Below, piece after piece: positions 30,377-41,821 of a DNA stretch of 55,221 nt. Origin of the DNA: an uncultured bacterium (GTDB lineage: Bacteria; Fidelibacterota; Marinisomatia; Marinisomatales; UBA1611); assembly GCA_964511215.1 (NCBI GenBank), contig CAZEER010000005.1, positions 1 to 55,221 of the forward strand, written 5' to 3'. The notes under the pieces are model-generated. The model was not told the DNA's origin. It made no database searches and was given only the letters and a program-made list of their open reading frames with translations. Within the stretch, counting starts at the first letter, position 1; each line of letters starts with the position of its first letter. A program made the translations under genes and the position numbers.

Positions 30377-32221
30377 TTATTTATTCCAAACTGCCAAACT
30401 ATAAAGTGAAAAAAGAGGCCATTTATAATCAGTCTGCCCTGAGACATGAATTTGCAAGATATTTTCCATTTGATCTATTTTAATTCCAAAGTCATCACAA
30501 AAGTTTTTATCTAATAATGTTTCATAAAAAGTTTTTTTATATGTCGTCTTTATCCACCTTGATAATGGAACTGTAAATCCTTTTTTAATTTTTCCTGATT
30601 TTAATCCCTGATACCTTTTTTTAAAAAGTTCATAAAGCAATTTTTTTCTACCATTTAAAGGCTCATGTACTTTTACACCTTGCTTAATTACATTTTCAAT
30701 TACTGATTTTTTCAGGAATGGAACACGCACTTCTAAACCGTGAGCCATTGATGCACGATCAACTTTGGCGAGTGTTTTTTGCAACATACCATAAAATTCT
30801 GCTTTTCTAATATTGTACAAAAGTTCTTCCTTAGATTTTGGTAAATAATAATCATAATTTTCGTAACCATCAGGATAATTATATAATTGAAGATCAGGAA
30901 TTAACCTATGTATCATCATATTAGAGAAACGGCTATTCAAACCCAAATGCGCTACCCCAGGGGTCTCTTGCAGTACACACTCATTAACATATTTTTCATT
31001 AAAAATTAATTTGTCAATGCCACGCACCAAATAACGCAAATAATAAGGGAAAGACCAAAGCCAATAATTTTTAGCAATTGAACGAAATCGTTCATATCCA
31101 AAAAATAATTCATCACCTCCATCTCCTGAAAGTGCTACAGTAATATGAGACTTTGCAAACTGACTTATTACCCAAGTGGGTAAAATAGAAAAATCACCTA
31201 GAGGCTCTCCTGCCGATTTAACACATTCCTCTAATATTTTTACTGAATTATCAGCAGTCATTTTTATAGTATGATGCTCTGTATTTAAAAAATTTGCAAA
31301 TGTACTAGCAGCACTAGATTCATCATGTAACTCACTATCAGACCCAACTGTAAATGTTTTGAAAGCTTCTTTTGTCATTTCTTTTGAATAGCTGCTTATT
31401 AACGATGAATCAACTCCACCAGAAAGAAAGGAACCTAATGGAACATCAGACATTAATTGATCTTTGACTGATGATTTTATTTGTTCTTCAATATTGTTTG
31501 CAGGGTTGTTTTGATTTTCAACTTTTTGATTGAAGCGTGGGAACTCCCAATATATTCTCTTATCAATAATACCTTTAGCATTAATTGTTATAATTTCACC
31601 CGGGTTCACAGAAAATGTATTTTTAAATAGGCCAAATGGTGGTGAAATAAATTGCTGACTGAGATAAAGTTTTAAAACATTAAAATTTAAATTTTCATCC
31701 TTAAACTCAGGATGTCTAACTATCTGATTATACTGACTAGCGAAAACAAATGTTTTATGGTTCCATCCATAAAATAAAGGTTTTATCCCTGCAAAATCTC
31801 TTGTAAGAGTTAAGACCTGCTCCAAATTATCCCAAATAGCAATAGCAAACATACCATCAAAATGATCAATACTTTTTGAGATTCCCCAGGCATCAATACA
31901 TGAAACAATAGTTGCGGTATCTCCATGACTTTTTATTTCAGCGCCTCCTCCAGACAATTTATTTCTTAAATACATATGATTATAAATTTCACCATTATAT
32001 ACCACTAAATAGCGTCTACTAGGGCTCCACATAGGCTGATGTGCGTTAGAACTTTGATCTAATATTGATAACCGATTAAAACCAAATCTTAATACATTTC
32101 CTAATTGCTCAATACTCGTATGATCAGGTCCACGATTATGAGACAAACTTAACAAACTTATAAAATCATCTGATTTCATAAGTTCGTTTTTAAATGTCAC
32201 TTCACCTAAAAAACCACACAT
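30377..32221 (-). CDS. asnB: Asparagine synthase-like glutamine amidotransferase (second full-length copy)
   Basis: MCG, NRGPD, RLSILD, NGEIYN, RDFAGIKPL, FLSGGVDSS, ALSGDGGDELFFGY, KVDRASMAHGLEVRVPFL. Confidence 0.92.
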   Translation of the reverse strand: MCGFLGEVTFKNELMKSDDFISLLSLSHNRGPDHTSIEQLGNVLRFGFNRLSILDQSSNAHQPMWSPSRRYLVVYNGEIYNHMYLRNKLSGGGAEIKSHGDTATIVSCIDAWGISKSIDHFDGMFAIAIWDNLEQVLTLTRDFAGIKPLFYGWNHKTFVFASQYNQIVRHPEFKDENLNFNVLKLYLSQQFISPPFGLFKNTFSVNPGEIITINAKGIIDKRIYWEFPRFNQKVENQNNPANNIEEQIKSSVKDQLMSDVPLGSFLSGGVDSSLISSYSKEMTKEAFKTFTVGSDSELHDESSAASTFANFLNTEHHTIKMTADNSVKILEECVKSAGEPLGDFSILPTWVISQFAKSHITVALSGDGGDELFFGYERFRSIAKNYWLWSFPYYLRYLVRGIDKLIFNEKYVNECVLQETPGVAHLGLNSRFSNMMIHRLIPDLQLYNYPDGYENYDYYLPKSKEELLYNIRKAEFYGMLQKTLAKVDRASMAHGLEVRVPFLKKSVIENVIKQGVKVHEPLNGRKKLLYELFKKRYQGLKSGKIKKGFTVPLSRWIKTTYKKTFYETLLDKNFCDDFGIKIDQMENILQIHVSGQTDYKWPLFSLYSLAVWNK

Positions 32222-32302
32222 CTATTTAACAGATATTAATGAACATTTAAAAAAATTTTGAAGATTTAGGCCTAATTTTTTAATAAAGATTATGGTACCT
32301 AT

Positions 32303-34102
32303 TTAAGATGATAATCTACTGATAATATAAACCTTTACAGTATTTTGATATTCTTTCCAAATTCTTGGAGGAGTATATCCCTCCAATGAAAAAAATTGAT
32401 TATAACCAAAAGATTTTAAATTATTGCGTCCCTGTCTAGTGATAATATATATATTGTCTTTCCCAATTAATCTATTTTTAGTTTTCCCCATACTATGCCA
32501 ATGCATTTGATTTTCATTTACATCATTCTTAACAATATAATATCTAACTGGTCCTGCCAAAGGAGTTGATGTTTCAATCATATCATTTGGATTAATAATG
32601 TTCTTTAGATCTTTAATAACCAATTCAGCCTGAGGAAATGTTTGATTTCTCCAATTATATATAATTCCTTTTTCATTAATGCATGTAACAGTGGAAAGTA
32701 TGAATAAACTTAATGCAACTACATTAACTATTTTTTCAAGATCTAATTGGAATAGATTAGCAAATTTTTTACATAATAATAATATCCCAGATACAATATA
32801 TAGTCCAATAATCGGATATATAAATAATAATGTTCTAGCAAATGGTAGCTTTTTCAAAAGAACCATAACAAAAATAATTAAAAAGAAAAATGAAAATAGT
32901 AATTTTCTATGTTTCTCATTACCTAGGTGAGCAATAATACCTATTATAAATATAAAAAAGATAATTACCTGAACAATATCAAAATATCCAGTATAAAAAA
33001 ACTCCCATGCTGTTAATAAATAATTAATCAAATTATCTATAATATATTTGTATTCAAGTGATTTAATATATTCATTAGCAATAATTGGTGCCATACCTTT
33101 AGCTCTAAGTATAATTGGGCTGTAAAAAATAATTGATAGAAAAATGCATGCCAAACCCACAAATACTATTGTGAATAAATCTGTTAAATAATTTGCCCTA
33201 TTAGTATTTAATAAATACCAAAATAATAGAAAAATGATTGGCATAACCATTGTGGGAACAGTCCATAAACCTAAAGAAGATATTATTACAAATAGAATCC
33301 AGAGTAATAAACTGTTTTTTTTATTCAAAGAATCAATAATACATAATAATAATAATGTAAAAAAAGTAATCATTGTATAGCCACGGGCATTAACAGAATA
33401 GCTAACTAATGGAATTGCATTAGCGCTAAAAGCAAAGAGTAGAATAGCTATATGTTTATCAAAAATTTTCCTAGAAAAAATATATATAAATACAATAGTC
33501 AAAATACCAAATAATAATGAAGGAATTCGGAACACCCATTCTTCATTACCAAATAATACATAGCATAACCTTGATAATATCGAATGAAATACATGATTAT
33601 TGGTATTAAAATAATTAGAGATTGTATTTACCCATGAAATAGAAACAAAATGGTAAAATGTCTTTGCCTCGTCATGAAATATTGGACGATTTATATACAT
33701 CAATCTTATGATAATACCAATGAATAGCACTCCTAAAACAATACTATTATGAGTTAATCTTCTAGCCGCAAAAAATAATCGAATCTCTTTACGAATTACC
33801 GATAAATACATTTCTGTCTCATCTATAATTCGTCTTATAATTTTAATACAGTATTCTTTTTTTTGATATATTAAGGAAATTGAAAAAAAAAGCAATATAC
33901 TAAATAACAAACAAACAATTTTAAAAGATGTGTGATATTCATTTGTATAGAATTGGTAAGGATCATTAGGGCGGAAACTATTTATAAAGTCTAATACCGA
34001 CTCGTATGGTACAAAAAGAATAGATATTGAAAAAATAATAAAAAAAGCTAGTATTAACAGTATTATACTATGAATAGTAACTATAGTTTTTATCCTAACC
34101 AT
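32303..34102 (-). CDS. GT-C fold membrane glycosyltransferase (ArnT/PMT-like)
   Basis: About 13 TM segments; first-loop acidic motif RPIFHDEA, NHVFHSIL, EWVFRIPS, YSVNARGYT; soluble C-terminal domain. Confidence 0.78.
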   Translation of the reverse strand: MVRIKTIVTIHSIILLILAFFIIFSISILFVPYESVLDFINSFRPNDPYQFYTNEYHTSFKIVCLLFSILLFFSISLIYQKKEYCIKIIRRIIDETEMYLSVIRKEIRLFFAARRLTHNSIVLGVLFIGIIIRLMYINRPIFHDEAKTFYHFVSISWVNTISNYFNTNNHVFHSILSRLCYVLFGNEEWVFRIPSLLFGILTIVFIYIFSRKIFDKHIAILLFAFSANAIPLVSYSVNARGYTMITFFTLLLLCIIDSLNKKNSLLLWILFVIISSLGLWTVPTMVMPIIFLLFWYLLNTNRANYLTDLFTIVFVGLACIFLSIIFYSPIILRAKGMAPIIANEYIKSLEYKYIIDNLINYLLTAWEFFYTGYFDIVQVIIFFIFIIGIIAHLGNEKHRKLLFSFFFLIIFVMVLLKKLPFARTLLFIYPIIGLYIVSGILLLCKKFANLFQLDLEKIVNVVALSLFILSTVTCINEKGIIYNWRNQTFPQAELVIKDLKNIINPNDMIETSTPLAGPVRYYIVKNDVNENQMHWHSMGKTKNRLIGKDNIYIITRQGRNNLKSFGYNQFFSLEGYTPPRIWKEYQNTVKVYIISRLSS

Positions 34103-34197
34103 CGGATTATAGTATTATGATGAAAATACAACAATGATAAAGCAAAATTAATCAATTAATATTTTGTGTGAAAAATTTTAAGAATTATTAAGATGAA

Positions 34198-35055
34198 TTA
34201 TTTGGTAGCAATAACATGACCATTTATAAATTTTCTAAAAATTGTAAGAAGAGATAAATATTTTTTTAAACTATAAGGGAAAATTGATAGAAATAATTCA
34301 ACAATTATAGATAATTGAATTGGTAAATAAATTCGATGACCCTTTATTCCAGTTAAAAGTTTTATTCTTCTAAATCCTGCTTTATTTAATACCAAGTATA
34401 ATTCAAGATTACTGTATTCTTTTAAATGAAAGCCCACCGCTTCATTATGAAAAAATTTTGATACATCATGAGGACCAAAAAACTTGTGTGGTGTCTGGAA
34501 AACATATATTCCTTTATTTTTTAAAAGGTTATAAACATTAGATAAATGAATATCGAGGTCTTCGGGGTGAAAATGCTCTAATAATTGATTGCTATATGCT
34601 ATGTGAAAAAAATGATTTTTATTTGGCATAGATGTACTATCTGAGGCAATATAAATTTCAACATTTTTTGGGATAATCCATTCGTCAGAAATATTTTCAT
34701 CTGAAACATCTATTCCCATTATATAATTAACATATGGTGATAAACTAATCGTAAGGCTAAAGTCGCCAGAACCAATTTCAATAAAATTGGTGTATTTTTT
34801 TAAAAATGGGCTAAGAAATTTTATCTGCCTTTGTGTTCTTTCATTTACATAATTTTTATTTCTTGTTTTTAACTTAATAGGATTGTCAGGAAGTTTTTTA
34901 TAAAAATCATCATATAATATTTTATAAAGGCTTGCCCTTTCTGGATTTGGTGTGTTTTTTAATTTAGTAGCATATTTAATTTCTAATTTATATTGTTTTA
35001 AAATGCGACATTTCTCCGAATTAGTTAGATTCGCATATTCTTTTTTGAATTGCAT
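34198..35055 (-). CDS. Class I SAM-dependent methyltransferase
   Basis: FIEIGSG, GIDVS, YSNQLLEHFHP, LLKNKGIYVFQTP, HLKEYS. Confidence 0.87.
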   Translation of the reverse strand: MQFKKEYANLTNSEKCRILKQYKLEIKYATKLKNTPNPERASLYKILYDDFYKKLPDNPIKLKTRNKNYVNERTQRQIKFLSPFLKKYTNFIEIGSGDFSLTISLSPYVNYIMGIDVSDENISDEWIIPKNVEIYIASDSTSMPNKNHFFHIAYSNQLLEHFHPEDLDIHLSNVYNLLKNKGIYVFQTPHKFFGPHDVSKFFHNEAVGFHLKEYSNLELYLVLNKAGFRRIKLLTGIKGHRIYLPIQLSIIVELFLSIFPYSLKKYLSLLTIFRKFINGHVIATK

Positions 35056-35068
35056 TAATTAAGATTAA

Positions 35069-36043
35069 TTACTTATTGGATAAAGTATGATTCAATTTCC
35101 AATCAATTACCTGTTTTAAACCATTTTCCAGACTAATACTAGTTTTAAATCCTAACTCATTTTTTGCTTTTTCAGTACTTCCTACCCGGTTCGTAACTAG
35201 AGTTTTATCTGAGTTTTTTTTAATAAAATCAATGGGAATATTTTTTTTCATTAATTTTTGTATTTTATTACAGATATCTAAAATTGATATTTTCTTCCCA
35301 CTACTAATATTATAGGTCTCACATGATTTTGATGACTCCATTGCCATTAAAAGACTTCTGCAAGCATCTTTTACAAATACAAAATCAAAGGATTGACTTC
35401 CATCACCAAATATTTTTGGAGGAAGATTATTTTCCAAACAATCTATAATTTTCATAATAATTGCAACATATGCTCCACTATAATCCAATCGAGGACCGTA
35501 TATATTCATAAAACGCAATGCCGCATAGTCTAGACCATATTTGTAATGAAATGCTTGTAAAAAGGATTCTCCAGCAAGTTTTGTAGCTGCATAAATATCT
35601 CTAAAATTAAATGGGTGATTTTCATCCATTGGAGTATATTTTGCATTACCATATACTGATGAGCTAGATGCATAAACAATTCTTTTTATATTATTTTTTA
35701 TACAGGACTCAAGGAGGTTAAATGTGCCATTAACATTCACATTTAATGCAGACCGTGGGTATTTTTGACAGTGGGGTAATGATAATGAAGCTAAATGAAA
35801 AACAGCGTCAATATTATTTGTTGCTGATATAACTTCATCAATTGAAGTAATATCACCTTTTAATCCAAATAATTCGAACCGATCATCATTTAAAGCATTT
35901 TTCAGATTATGACTGCCTCCTCTTATAAAATTATCCAGAACTATAACTTTTCTAACATCTTCTTCAAGCAACATATCGACCAAATGTGAACCTATGAAAC
36001 CTGCTCCACCAGTAACTAAAAAGACTTTACCTTTCAATCTCAT
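35069..36043 (-). CDS. NAD-dependent nucleotide-sugar epimerase/dehydratase (extended SDR)
   Basis: VTGGAGFIGSH, ASSSSVYG, YAATK, RFMNIYGP, GDGSQSFDF. Confidence 0.92.
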   Translation of the reverse strand: MRLKGKVFLVTGGAGFIGSHLVDMLLEEDVRKVIVLDNFIRGGSHNLKNALNDDRFELFGLKGDITSIDEVISATNNIDAVFHLASLSLPHCQKYPRSALNVNVNGTFNLLESCIKNNIKRIVYASSSSVYGNAKYTPMDENHPFNFRDIYAATKLAGESFLQAFHYKYGLDYAALRFMNIYGPRLDYSGAYVAIIMKIIDCLENNLPPKIFGDGSQSFDFVFVKDACRSLLMAMESSKSCETYNISSGKKISILDICNKIQKLMKKNIPIDFIKKNSDKTLVTNRVGSTEKAKNELGFKTSISLENGLKQVIDWKLNHTLSNK

Positions 36044-37149
36044 AAACCAAAGAAAGATTTTATTTTTTTTGATACAAAATAAATCTGATCTTTATCTAAA
36101 TGTTCCGCAATAGGAATAGTTATCATAGTATCAGCATCTAACTCAGTATTAGGAAAATCCCCAATTTTATATCCTAGACCCTGGTAACACTTTTGAAGGT
36201 GTATAGGTATAGGGTAGTGTACTTTAGTTTCAATACCGTTAGAATTTAAATAATCCATTAATTTTTCACGCTGTTTTGTGCGTATCACAAAAAAATTATG
36301 AACGTTTTTATATCCTTTAACTTTTGGAGGTAATTTAATTTCTGAAATTCCAATTAACTCGCTATAATAAATTGCTGCATTAGTTAATCTTCGATGTAAG
36401 GATTCTTGAATGACATCTAACTTCTTATACATTATTGCTGCATATATATTATCTAGTCTGGAATTAAGACCGATCAAAACAGTTGATTCTCGGTCTTCCA
36501 AACCAAAATTCCTATGTAGATTACATTGATTATATAAATCTTCATTATTGGTAGTGATTACTCCAGAATCTCCTAAGCTAGCAAGAATTTTTGCTGGATG
36601 TAAACTAAAACAATTTATATCTCCCATACTACCTGTTAAGTGCTCTCCTACTTTAGCACCGTGACTTTGTGCACAATCTTCAATAATAAAAATTTTTTCA
36701 CCAATAATTTCTCTTAACTTAAAAATATCAACAGGAAAGCCAAAAAGATGGACTGGGATAATTGCTTTTGTATTTTGATTTATAACAAATTTTATTTTTT
36801 CTAGATCCATATTCATTGTTATACTATCCACATCAACAAAAACTGGTTTAGCTCCAACTAAAGAAATTGCCTGAGCAGTTGCAATATAACTATTTGGTAC
36901 AGTAACAACCTCATCGCCAGGCCCAATACCCAATGATTTAAGAGCTATTATTAATGCATCTGTGCCCGAATTAACGCCTACAGTAAAGCGACAATTAATG
37001 AGTCTGGAAAACTTTTCTTCAAAAAGTTTCACATCTGGTCCTAATATAAATGTTGATGATTCAATATGCTGTTCAACTACAGATAGAATATGATCCTTAA
37101 TTTGTATATTATTATACTTTAAATCAAAAAGTGGAATACTAAAGTTCAT
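36040..37149 (-). CDS. DegT-family sugar aminotransferase (FdtB/WbpE-like)
   Basis: FILGPDV, NSGTDAL, PVHLFG, EDCAQSHGA, SLHPAKIL, GLNSRLD, HYPIPIHLQ. Confidence 0.92.
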   Translation of the reverse strand: MNFSIPLFDLKYNNIQIKDHILSVVEQHIESSTFILGPDVKLFEEKFSRLINCRFTVGVNSGTDALIIALKSLGIGPGDEVVTVPNSYIATAQAISLVGAKPVFVDVDSITMNMDLEKIKFVINQNTKAIIPVHLFGFPVDIFKLREIIGEKIFIIEDCAQSHGAKVGEHLTGSMGDINCFSLHPAKILASLGDSGVITTNNEDLYNQCNLHRNFGLEDRESTVLIGLNSRLDNIYAAIMYKKLDVIQESLHRRLTNAAIYYSELIGISEIKLPPKVKGYKNVHNFFVIRTKQREKLMDYLNSNGIETKVHYPIPIHLQKCYQGLGYKIGDFPNTELDADTMITIPIAEHLDKDQIYFVSKKIKSFFGL

Positions 37150-37195
37150 TTTTTCAATTATATATCCAATCTTAAAATGTAATTATTAGATAATA

Positions 37196-38635
37196 TTATA
37201 GGTAACCTTTACCTGAATCATTTAATTTATTTAGGTTAAGAAATTCATCTATAAGATCTTCGCTCAAAAGATTATTAACCATTAAATCACCAGTTTGGTG
37301 GAAAAAATATTCCCAAGGCTTTTTATCTAGTTTATATCCTCTATCAATTAAATCATAATAAATCTTTGTTCCATAGTATGGTGCCATTATAGAAAGAGAA
37401 TAATAATCAGCATCAATCTCTTTCGCAAAATCTATAGTTTCTTTTAAATCTTCATCAGTCTCACCAGGGAACCCAGCCATAAAATATGCAGTGACAGGGA
37501 CTCCAGCTTCCTTCAACATTTTTATACCACGCCTCATGTCATCCTTAGTCTCATCTTTTTGAATTTCTTTCAGAATTCTATCACTGCCAGTCTCAAAACC
37601 TAATTTTACTCTTTTACAACCAGCTTTTGACATTAAATCACAAATTTCTTCATCAAAATGATCTGTTCTTGCTTCACATTTCCAATCCATATCTAATTTC
37701 TGATCTATCATTAACCTCAAAATATTTTTCACTCTTTGTTTTTTTATTGTAAAAACATCATCAACAAAATATACTATTGTATTATCCTTTATTTTCAAGG
37801 CCTCTTTAGTTAGAGTATTAGCAGAGGCACTGAAATCATACCCTTTTTTTGTGTCCCAATGATGTTTTTTAATAAATTTCATTTCTGATATCACTGATTC
37901 CGGCGAACGGTATTGAGTCTTGTCTCTTTTCCATGAAAAAGGTGAAGCACAATAATTACATCTATATGGGCATCCTCTGATACTACATATATAGGATACA
38001 TCAACAAATTTTTTTTCATCATTCTCTATCCCATATATTTTATTTCTTTCAGGAAATGGCAGATTATCAATTGATTTGATTACATTAGCATCTCCATTAT
38101 CACAAAAGCCTACTCCTTCTCTAGAAACAACACCTGATATTGTTTTTGGATCTTTACCATTTACCAAAGCAAGCATTGCTTCTTCGCCTTCTCTTCTCAC
38201 AGAATAGTCAATACATTGTAATTTTTCTAATACCAGCCCATCTAAAGTAGCATGTGTACCACCAATCACTTGCTTAATTCTTGGATTCATTTTTTCTACT
38301 TTTCTAGAAATTATATCAATAGCAGATATATTAGCTGTATATGATGTGTAGCCAACCCACTGGGGATTAAAATCAATAATCTTTTGAGCTACTTCATTCC
38401 AAATTGGATCATTTTCATTTTTAAAATAATCAGTATAATTCACAAAACTATCAAATATCTCACGTAATTCAGCATACTCTCTTTGGTTCACATAATCCGC
38501 ATTATAAATCCATGCATCATGTCCATTTTGATTTAAATAGGATGCTATATATGCTATTCCTAGGCTATTTGCATTATAATGAGATCCCAGCAAACGATAA
38601 AATGGAGGATTGATCAATAAAATTCTTTTACTCAT
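37196..38635 (-). CDS. B12-binding radical SAM protein (class B methyltransferase-like)
   Basis: ILLINPP, LGIAYIASYL, GGTHAT, EGEE; canonical RGCPYRCNYC; FVDDVF, LGFETGS, YFMAGFPGET. Confidence 0.9.
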   Translation of the reverse strand: MSKRILLINPPFYRLLGSHYNANSLGIAYIASYLNQNGHDAWIYNADYVNQREYAELREIFDSFVNYTDYFKNENDPIWNEVAQKIIDFNPQWVGYTSYTANISAIDIISRKVEKMNPRIKQVIGGTHATLDGLVLEKLQCIDYSVRREGEEAMLALVNGKDPKTISGVVSREGVGFCDNGDANVIKSIDNLPFPERNKIYGIENDEKKFVDVSYICSIRGCPYRCNYCASPFSWKRDKTQYRSPESVISEMKFIKKHHWDTKKGYDFSASANTLTKEALKIKDNTIVYFVDDVFTIKKQRVKNILRLMIDQKLDMDWKCEARTDHFDEEICDLMSKAGCKRVKLGFETGSDRILKEIQKDETKDDMRRGIKMLKEAGVPVTAYFMAGFPGETDEDLKETIDFAKEIDADYYSLSIMAPYYGTKIYYDLIDRGYKLDKKPWEYFFHQTGDLMVNNLLSEDLIDEFLNLNKLNDSGKGYL

Positions 38636-40140
38636 GATGGTTGTTTCGAATGCAATAAATAGATAGCTCTGAAGTTATCGATACTCTGTGCTTCATATTT
38701 AGCTTTACTCAAAGTTTCTAAATCAGAGTATGCACATAATTTCACTGCATTATCAGTATGATTGAATTCAGTTAAATTATCTATTTTAAAAGTTAAAGGA
38801 TTAAGAAAATTATAATATTTTAGAATATAGTATAAATTTTTTCCCTGATGACTACCAAAAGTATATATCAATAATTTTTCATTATTCTCAGTGCCAATCA
38901 TATAATTTTTCACAGAATTTCCAATTGTACGATAATCACTAAAAAACAATCTGGTTTTACTAGCTAATATTTCATATCTCAATCCATATGATAATTTCCC
39001 AAAACACAACAACAACAATACATAAAAAACAAATTTTCTTTTAATATTTTTTAAGTTTTTAATATAAATCCAAAAAGCACATAATAAAAAAAGGATACCA
39101 AAACCACTAACTCTATAAATATTACCCCAATCTGTACTGTAAATACTTGTATATCCTAAATAAACACTAGCTAATGAAAGAAAAAAGAAATAGGACAATC
39201 CAATTGTTAAAAAAAAGTCCCCCATTATATTTTTTCTAGATATTTTATTAACATGTATAGAATTATAAAAAAAATTTATCAAACAAAACACTACGCAAGA
39301 TAACCCAATAACTAATTTTATTTCTGGATATTTATTTAAATGAAGATTGTATGGAATAACTATTTCAACAAGATTTTTTATATGTTTGATAATTTGGTCA
39401 TAAAATATCATAGGTGCTTTTATCGATAGTATGTTTTCCAGACTACTGTTATTATCAACTGAAATCATTGATTTTAATATTCCAGGAAATAATAGCAATA
39501 AAGACAAAAGACTAAACTTTAAAGTTTTATAAATTTTCTGTTGAAAAATAAATACTAAAACACCTAGAATAATAAAAATTGAAGCATTTCTCAATAATAT
39601 TGTTATCCAAGAGAGCAAAACTAATATGATAAAATGAGTCATATTTTCTTTTTCTTTAATTATAATTACATCCCAAACGTATAATAAAAAGTATAATACA
39701 GCTGCTAAAGAAATAATCTCTGCTGAGACCTGATTCATTGCTTTAATGAGTACGAGGGACAACATCGCATTTAGTGAAATAAAAAAAGCATAATTATTAG
39801 GCAAAACTTTTTTTAATAACTTTAATAAAATAATAAAACAAAATGCACAAAAAACTGGCTGTAAATAGAAAAGAACTAGTAATGGATCAGCACCGATTAA
39901 TCTAATAAAAGTTCCAATTAAAGCTATACCAATTGGATGTCCCCCAACACCAGAGAAATCAAAACTATTAATAATACCATCTACTGCTAAAAGTTGCATA
40001 TAGATGTCGTTATTAGCAGTAATGCGAGATATAAAATATCCCAATGAAATCAGAATTGCACTACCCATTATATAAAATGAATTGTGAAAAAAAAATAATG
40101 ACCTTTCTATTAATATTGATTTCATAATATTATCTTGCAA
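38632..40140 (-). CDS. Polytopic membrane protein, possibly a divergent GT-C glycosyltransferase
   Basis: About 11 TM segments. Loop residues NND, HPIG, SAE and LLRNA sit where GT-C proteins have D, P.G, E and R. Start may be TTG 40140 or ATG 40125. Confidence 0.5.
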   Translation of the reverse strand: MQDNIMKSILIERSLFFFHNSFYIMGSAILISLGYFISRITANNDIYMQLLAVDGIINSFDFSGVGGHPIGIALIGTFIRLIGADPLLVLFYLQPVFCAFCFIILLKLLKKVLPNNYAFFISLNAMLSLVLIKAMNQVSAEIISLAAVLYFLLYVWDVIIIKEKENMTHFIILVLLSWITILLRNASIFIILGVLVFIFQQKIYKTLKFSLLSLLLLFPGILKSMISVDNNSSLENILSIKAPMIFYDQIIKHIKNLVEIVIPYNLHLNKYPEIKLVIGLSCVVFCLINFFYNSIHVNKISRKNIMGDFFLTIGLSYFFFLSLASVYLGYTSIYSTDWGNIYRVSGFGILFLLCAFWIYIKNLKNIKRKFVFYVLLLLCFGKLSYGLRYEILASKTRLFFSDYRTIGNSVKNYMIGTENNEKLLIYTFGSHQGKNLYYILKYYNFLNPLTFKIDNLTEFNHTDNAVKLCAYSDLETLSKAKYEAQSIDNFRAIYLLHSKQPS

Positions 40141-40202
40141 TTCTTAAACCATAATTCAATCTTTCTTCATTAATTGAGATATTGAGATAAATTAATGATA
40201 GA

Positions 40203-41819
40203 TTATAACTTGTAAACTCCAAGAATTTTCATATCCCCAGACATAACTGAAAAAATTTCCTTTTCATAAGGATTTAACCCATTTTTTGCTCTAATATAAC
40301 CTATTAAATTATTTCTAAAGTTAGTTATAAAATAATCCGGTTTATTTTTCCATTCAGGCATAAAATTAAAAACCAATCGTTCTTTTTCTTTTGGGGAAAA
40401 AATATGCCTATTTAGTGTTCCTGGGTTATTTTCAACAGATAAAAATATTTTATCAGATGCATCAGTTTTTAAAATATATTCTAACCCTAGCTTATAAGAG
40501 GGACCATAATAATCACCTTCAAAACTTAACATTGGATCTTTCCCAGCTAGCGCATTGAAATATACTTGCTGATATGGATGCATTTGAATAATTGTAAATA
40601 TTGGATTAACAAAAAAGAAAAAAATAAAAATTGCAGTTACAATTTGATTTGATCTAGAACTGAAATAATTATAAAAGCCAAAAACACCATAGCTTATGAG
40701 AATACTGATAAAAACATATGTGAAATAAAAATGTCGCCAACCATCATATAGAGTTGATTTAAATAAAATACTAGCTATAACAGGAACTACTATTCCAAAA
40801 AAAGAAAATAAAAAGATAGGATTTTGTCTATTCTTTATTTTTTTAATAAGTAATAAAACCCCTATTATAAAAAAAACAATATATAAAATCGGAGTAGTCA
40901 TAAAAAAGAATACAACTATATAATACCAAGGCAGGTTGGGTGCTGGTGTATTTTTTCCAAAGAAAAAAACATTATTCAACCATGGAAAATTTTTGGCTAT
41001 TTCAAAGGTTTCAATGAATTTATCTATTGGACTAAACCAATAATATGGAGTTACAATATACATTATAAAAAAGGATGCTAAGATAATAGAAAAACTAATT
41101 AAGAAAAGGTATGAAATTTTGCCATTTTGACTGATTTTGTCAGGTAGTTCTATAAATAAATAAAATAAGGCAAGTAAAAATGGTAAATAAATACCAACGA
41201 TACGACAAGACATTGCAAGCCCAAGCATTATAGATGAATAAAAAAGCCATCTAATGTTTCTTGTGTTAAAATATTTTATTATAGGAAATAAACTAATTAC
41301 GACCAAGGATAAAAAAATAATATCTTTGGGGTTAAAAAAGCTATGTGCAAAAATCCTTGGGTGTGCTGCATAAATAAATGTAGAAAAAATTGCTTTTTTA
41401 AATGATCCAAAGATCTCATTTGAAATTAAAAAAAAAGTTAATATTCCCAAAAAGTGAAATGTAAAAATTAATTTGTGCCTAAAAAGAAATACATCTTTAG
41501 TGTTCTCTGATCCTATAATTAATTCACCTAATAATGCTGGAAATTCAAAAATCATTCCGTATGGGCCAGTCCATGCATGGAGATTTTTTTCTACAGATGG
41601 AATTTTTTCTAGAATTTTATGATCAATCCCAAAATTTTGAACAAATTCTTTGGCATGTGATTTCGCGCCAATCCTACGTACATTTTCGTCCCAACTGATA
41701 CCATAATCTTCAGATATTTGAAGACCAAAATAGTAAATTGTCAATATAATAAATATATTTATATAAGTACTTAACTTAAAATAGTTAATGTAATTATTAA
41801 ATTTTATGATCGAATTCAA
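40203..41819 (-). CDS. GT-C fold membrane glycosyltransferase (ArnT/PMT-like)
   Basis: DYGISWDE first-loop motif, HPRIFAHSFFNPKD, PWYY, LYDGWRHFYF, GDYYG; about 12 TM segments. Confidence 0.78.
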   Translation of the reverse strand: MNSIIKFNNYINYFKLSTYINIFIILTIYYFGLQISEDYGISWDENVRRIGAKSHAKEFVQNFGIDHKILEKIPSVEKNLHAWTGPYGMIFEFPALLGELIIGSENTKDVFLFRHKLIFTFHFLGILTFFLISNEIFGSFKKAIFSTFIYAAHPRIFAHSFFNPKDIIFLSLVVISLFPIIKYFNTRNIRWLFYSSIMLGLAMSCRIVGIYLPFLLALFYLFIELPDKISQNGKISYLFLISFSIILASFFIMYIVTPYYWFSPIDKFIETFEIAKNFPWLNNVFFFGKNTPAPNLPWYYIVVFFFMTTPILYIVFFIIGVLLLIKKIKNRQNPIFLFSFFGIVVPVIASILFKSTLYDGWRHFYFTYVFISILISYGVFGFYNYFSSRSNQIVTAIFIFFFFVNPIFTIIQMHPYQQVYFNALAGKDPMLSFEGDYYGPSYKLGLEYILKTDASDKIFLSVENNPGTLNRHIFSPKEKERLVFNFMPEWKNKPDYFITNFRNNLIGYIRAKNGLNPYEKEIFSVMSGDMKILGVYKL

Positions 41820-41821
41820 TA

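Noticed and set aside
30364-30447. ORF-track N-terminal extension of the GT4 (and likewise 3579-3620 of the hypothetical protein)
   Set aside because: They overlap the upstream genes; downstream ATGs give normal N-termini.
16746-32221. Both full AsnB-like genes are exactly 614 aa, suggesting a recent duplication
   Set aside because: The sequences differ strongly outside family motifs, so the equal length is coincidental.
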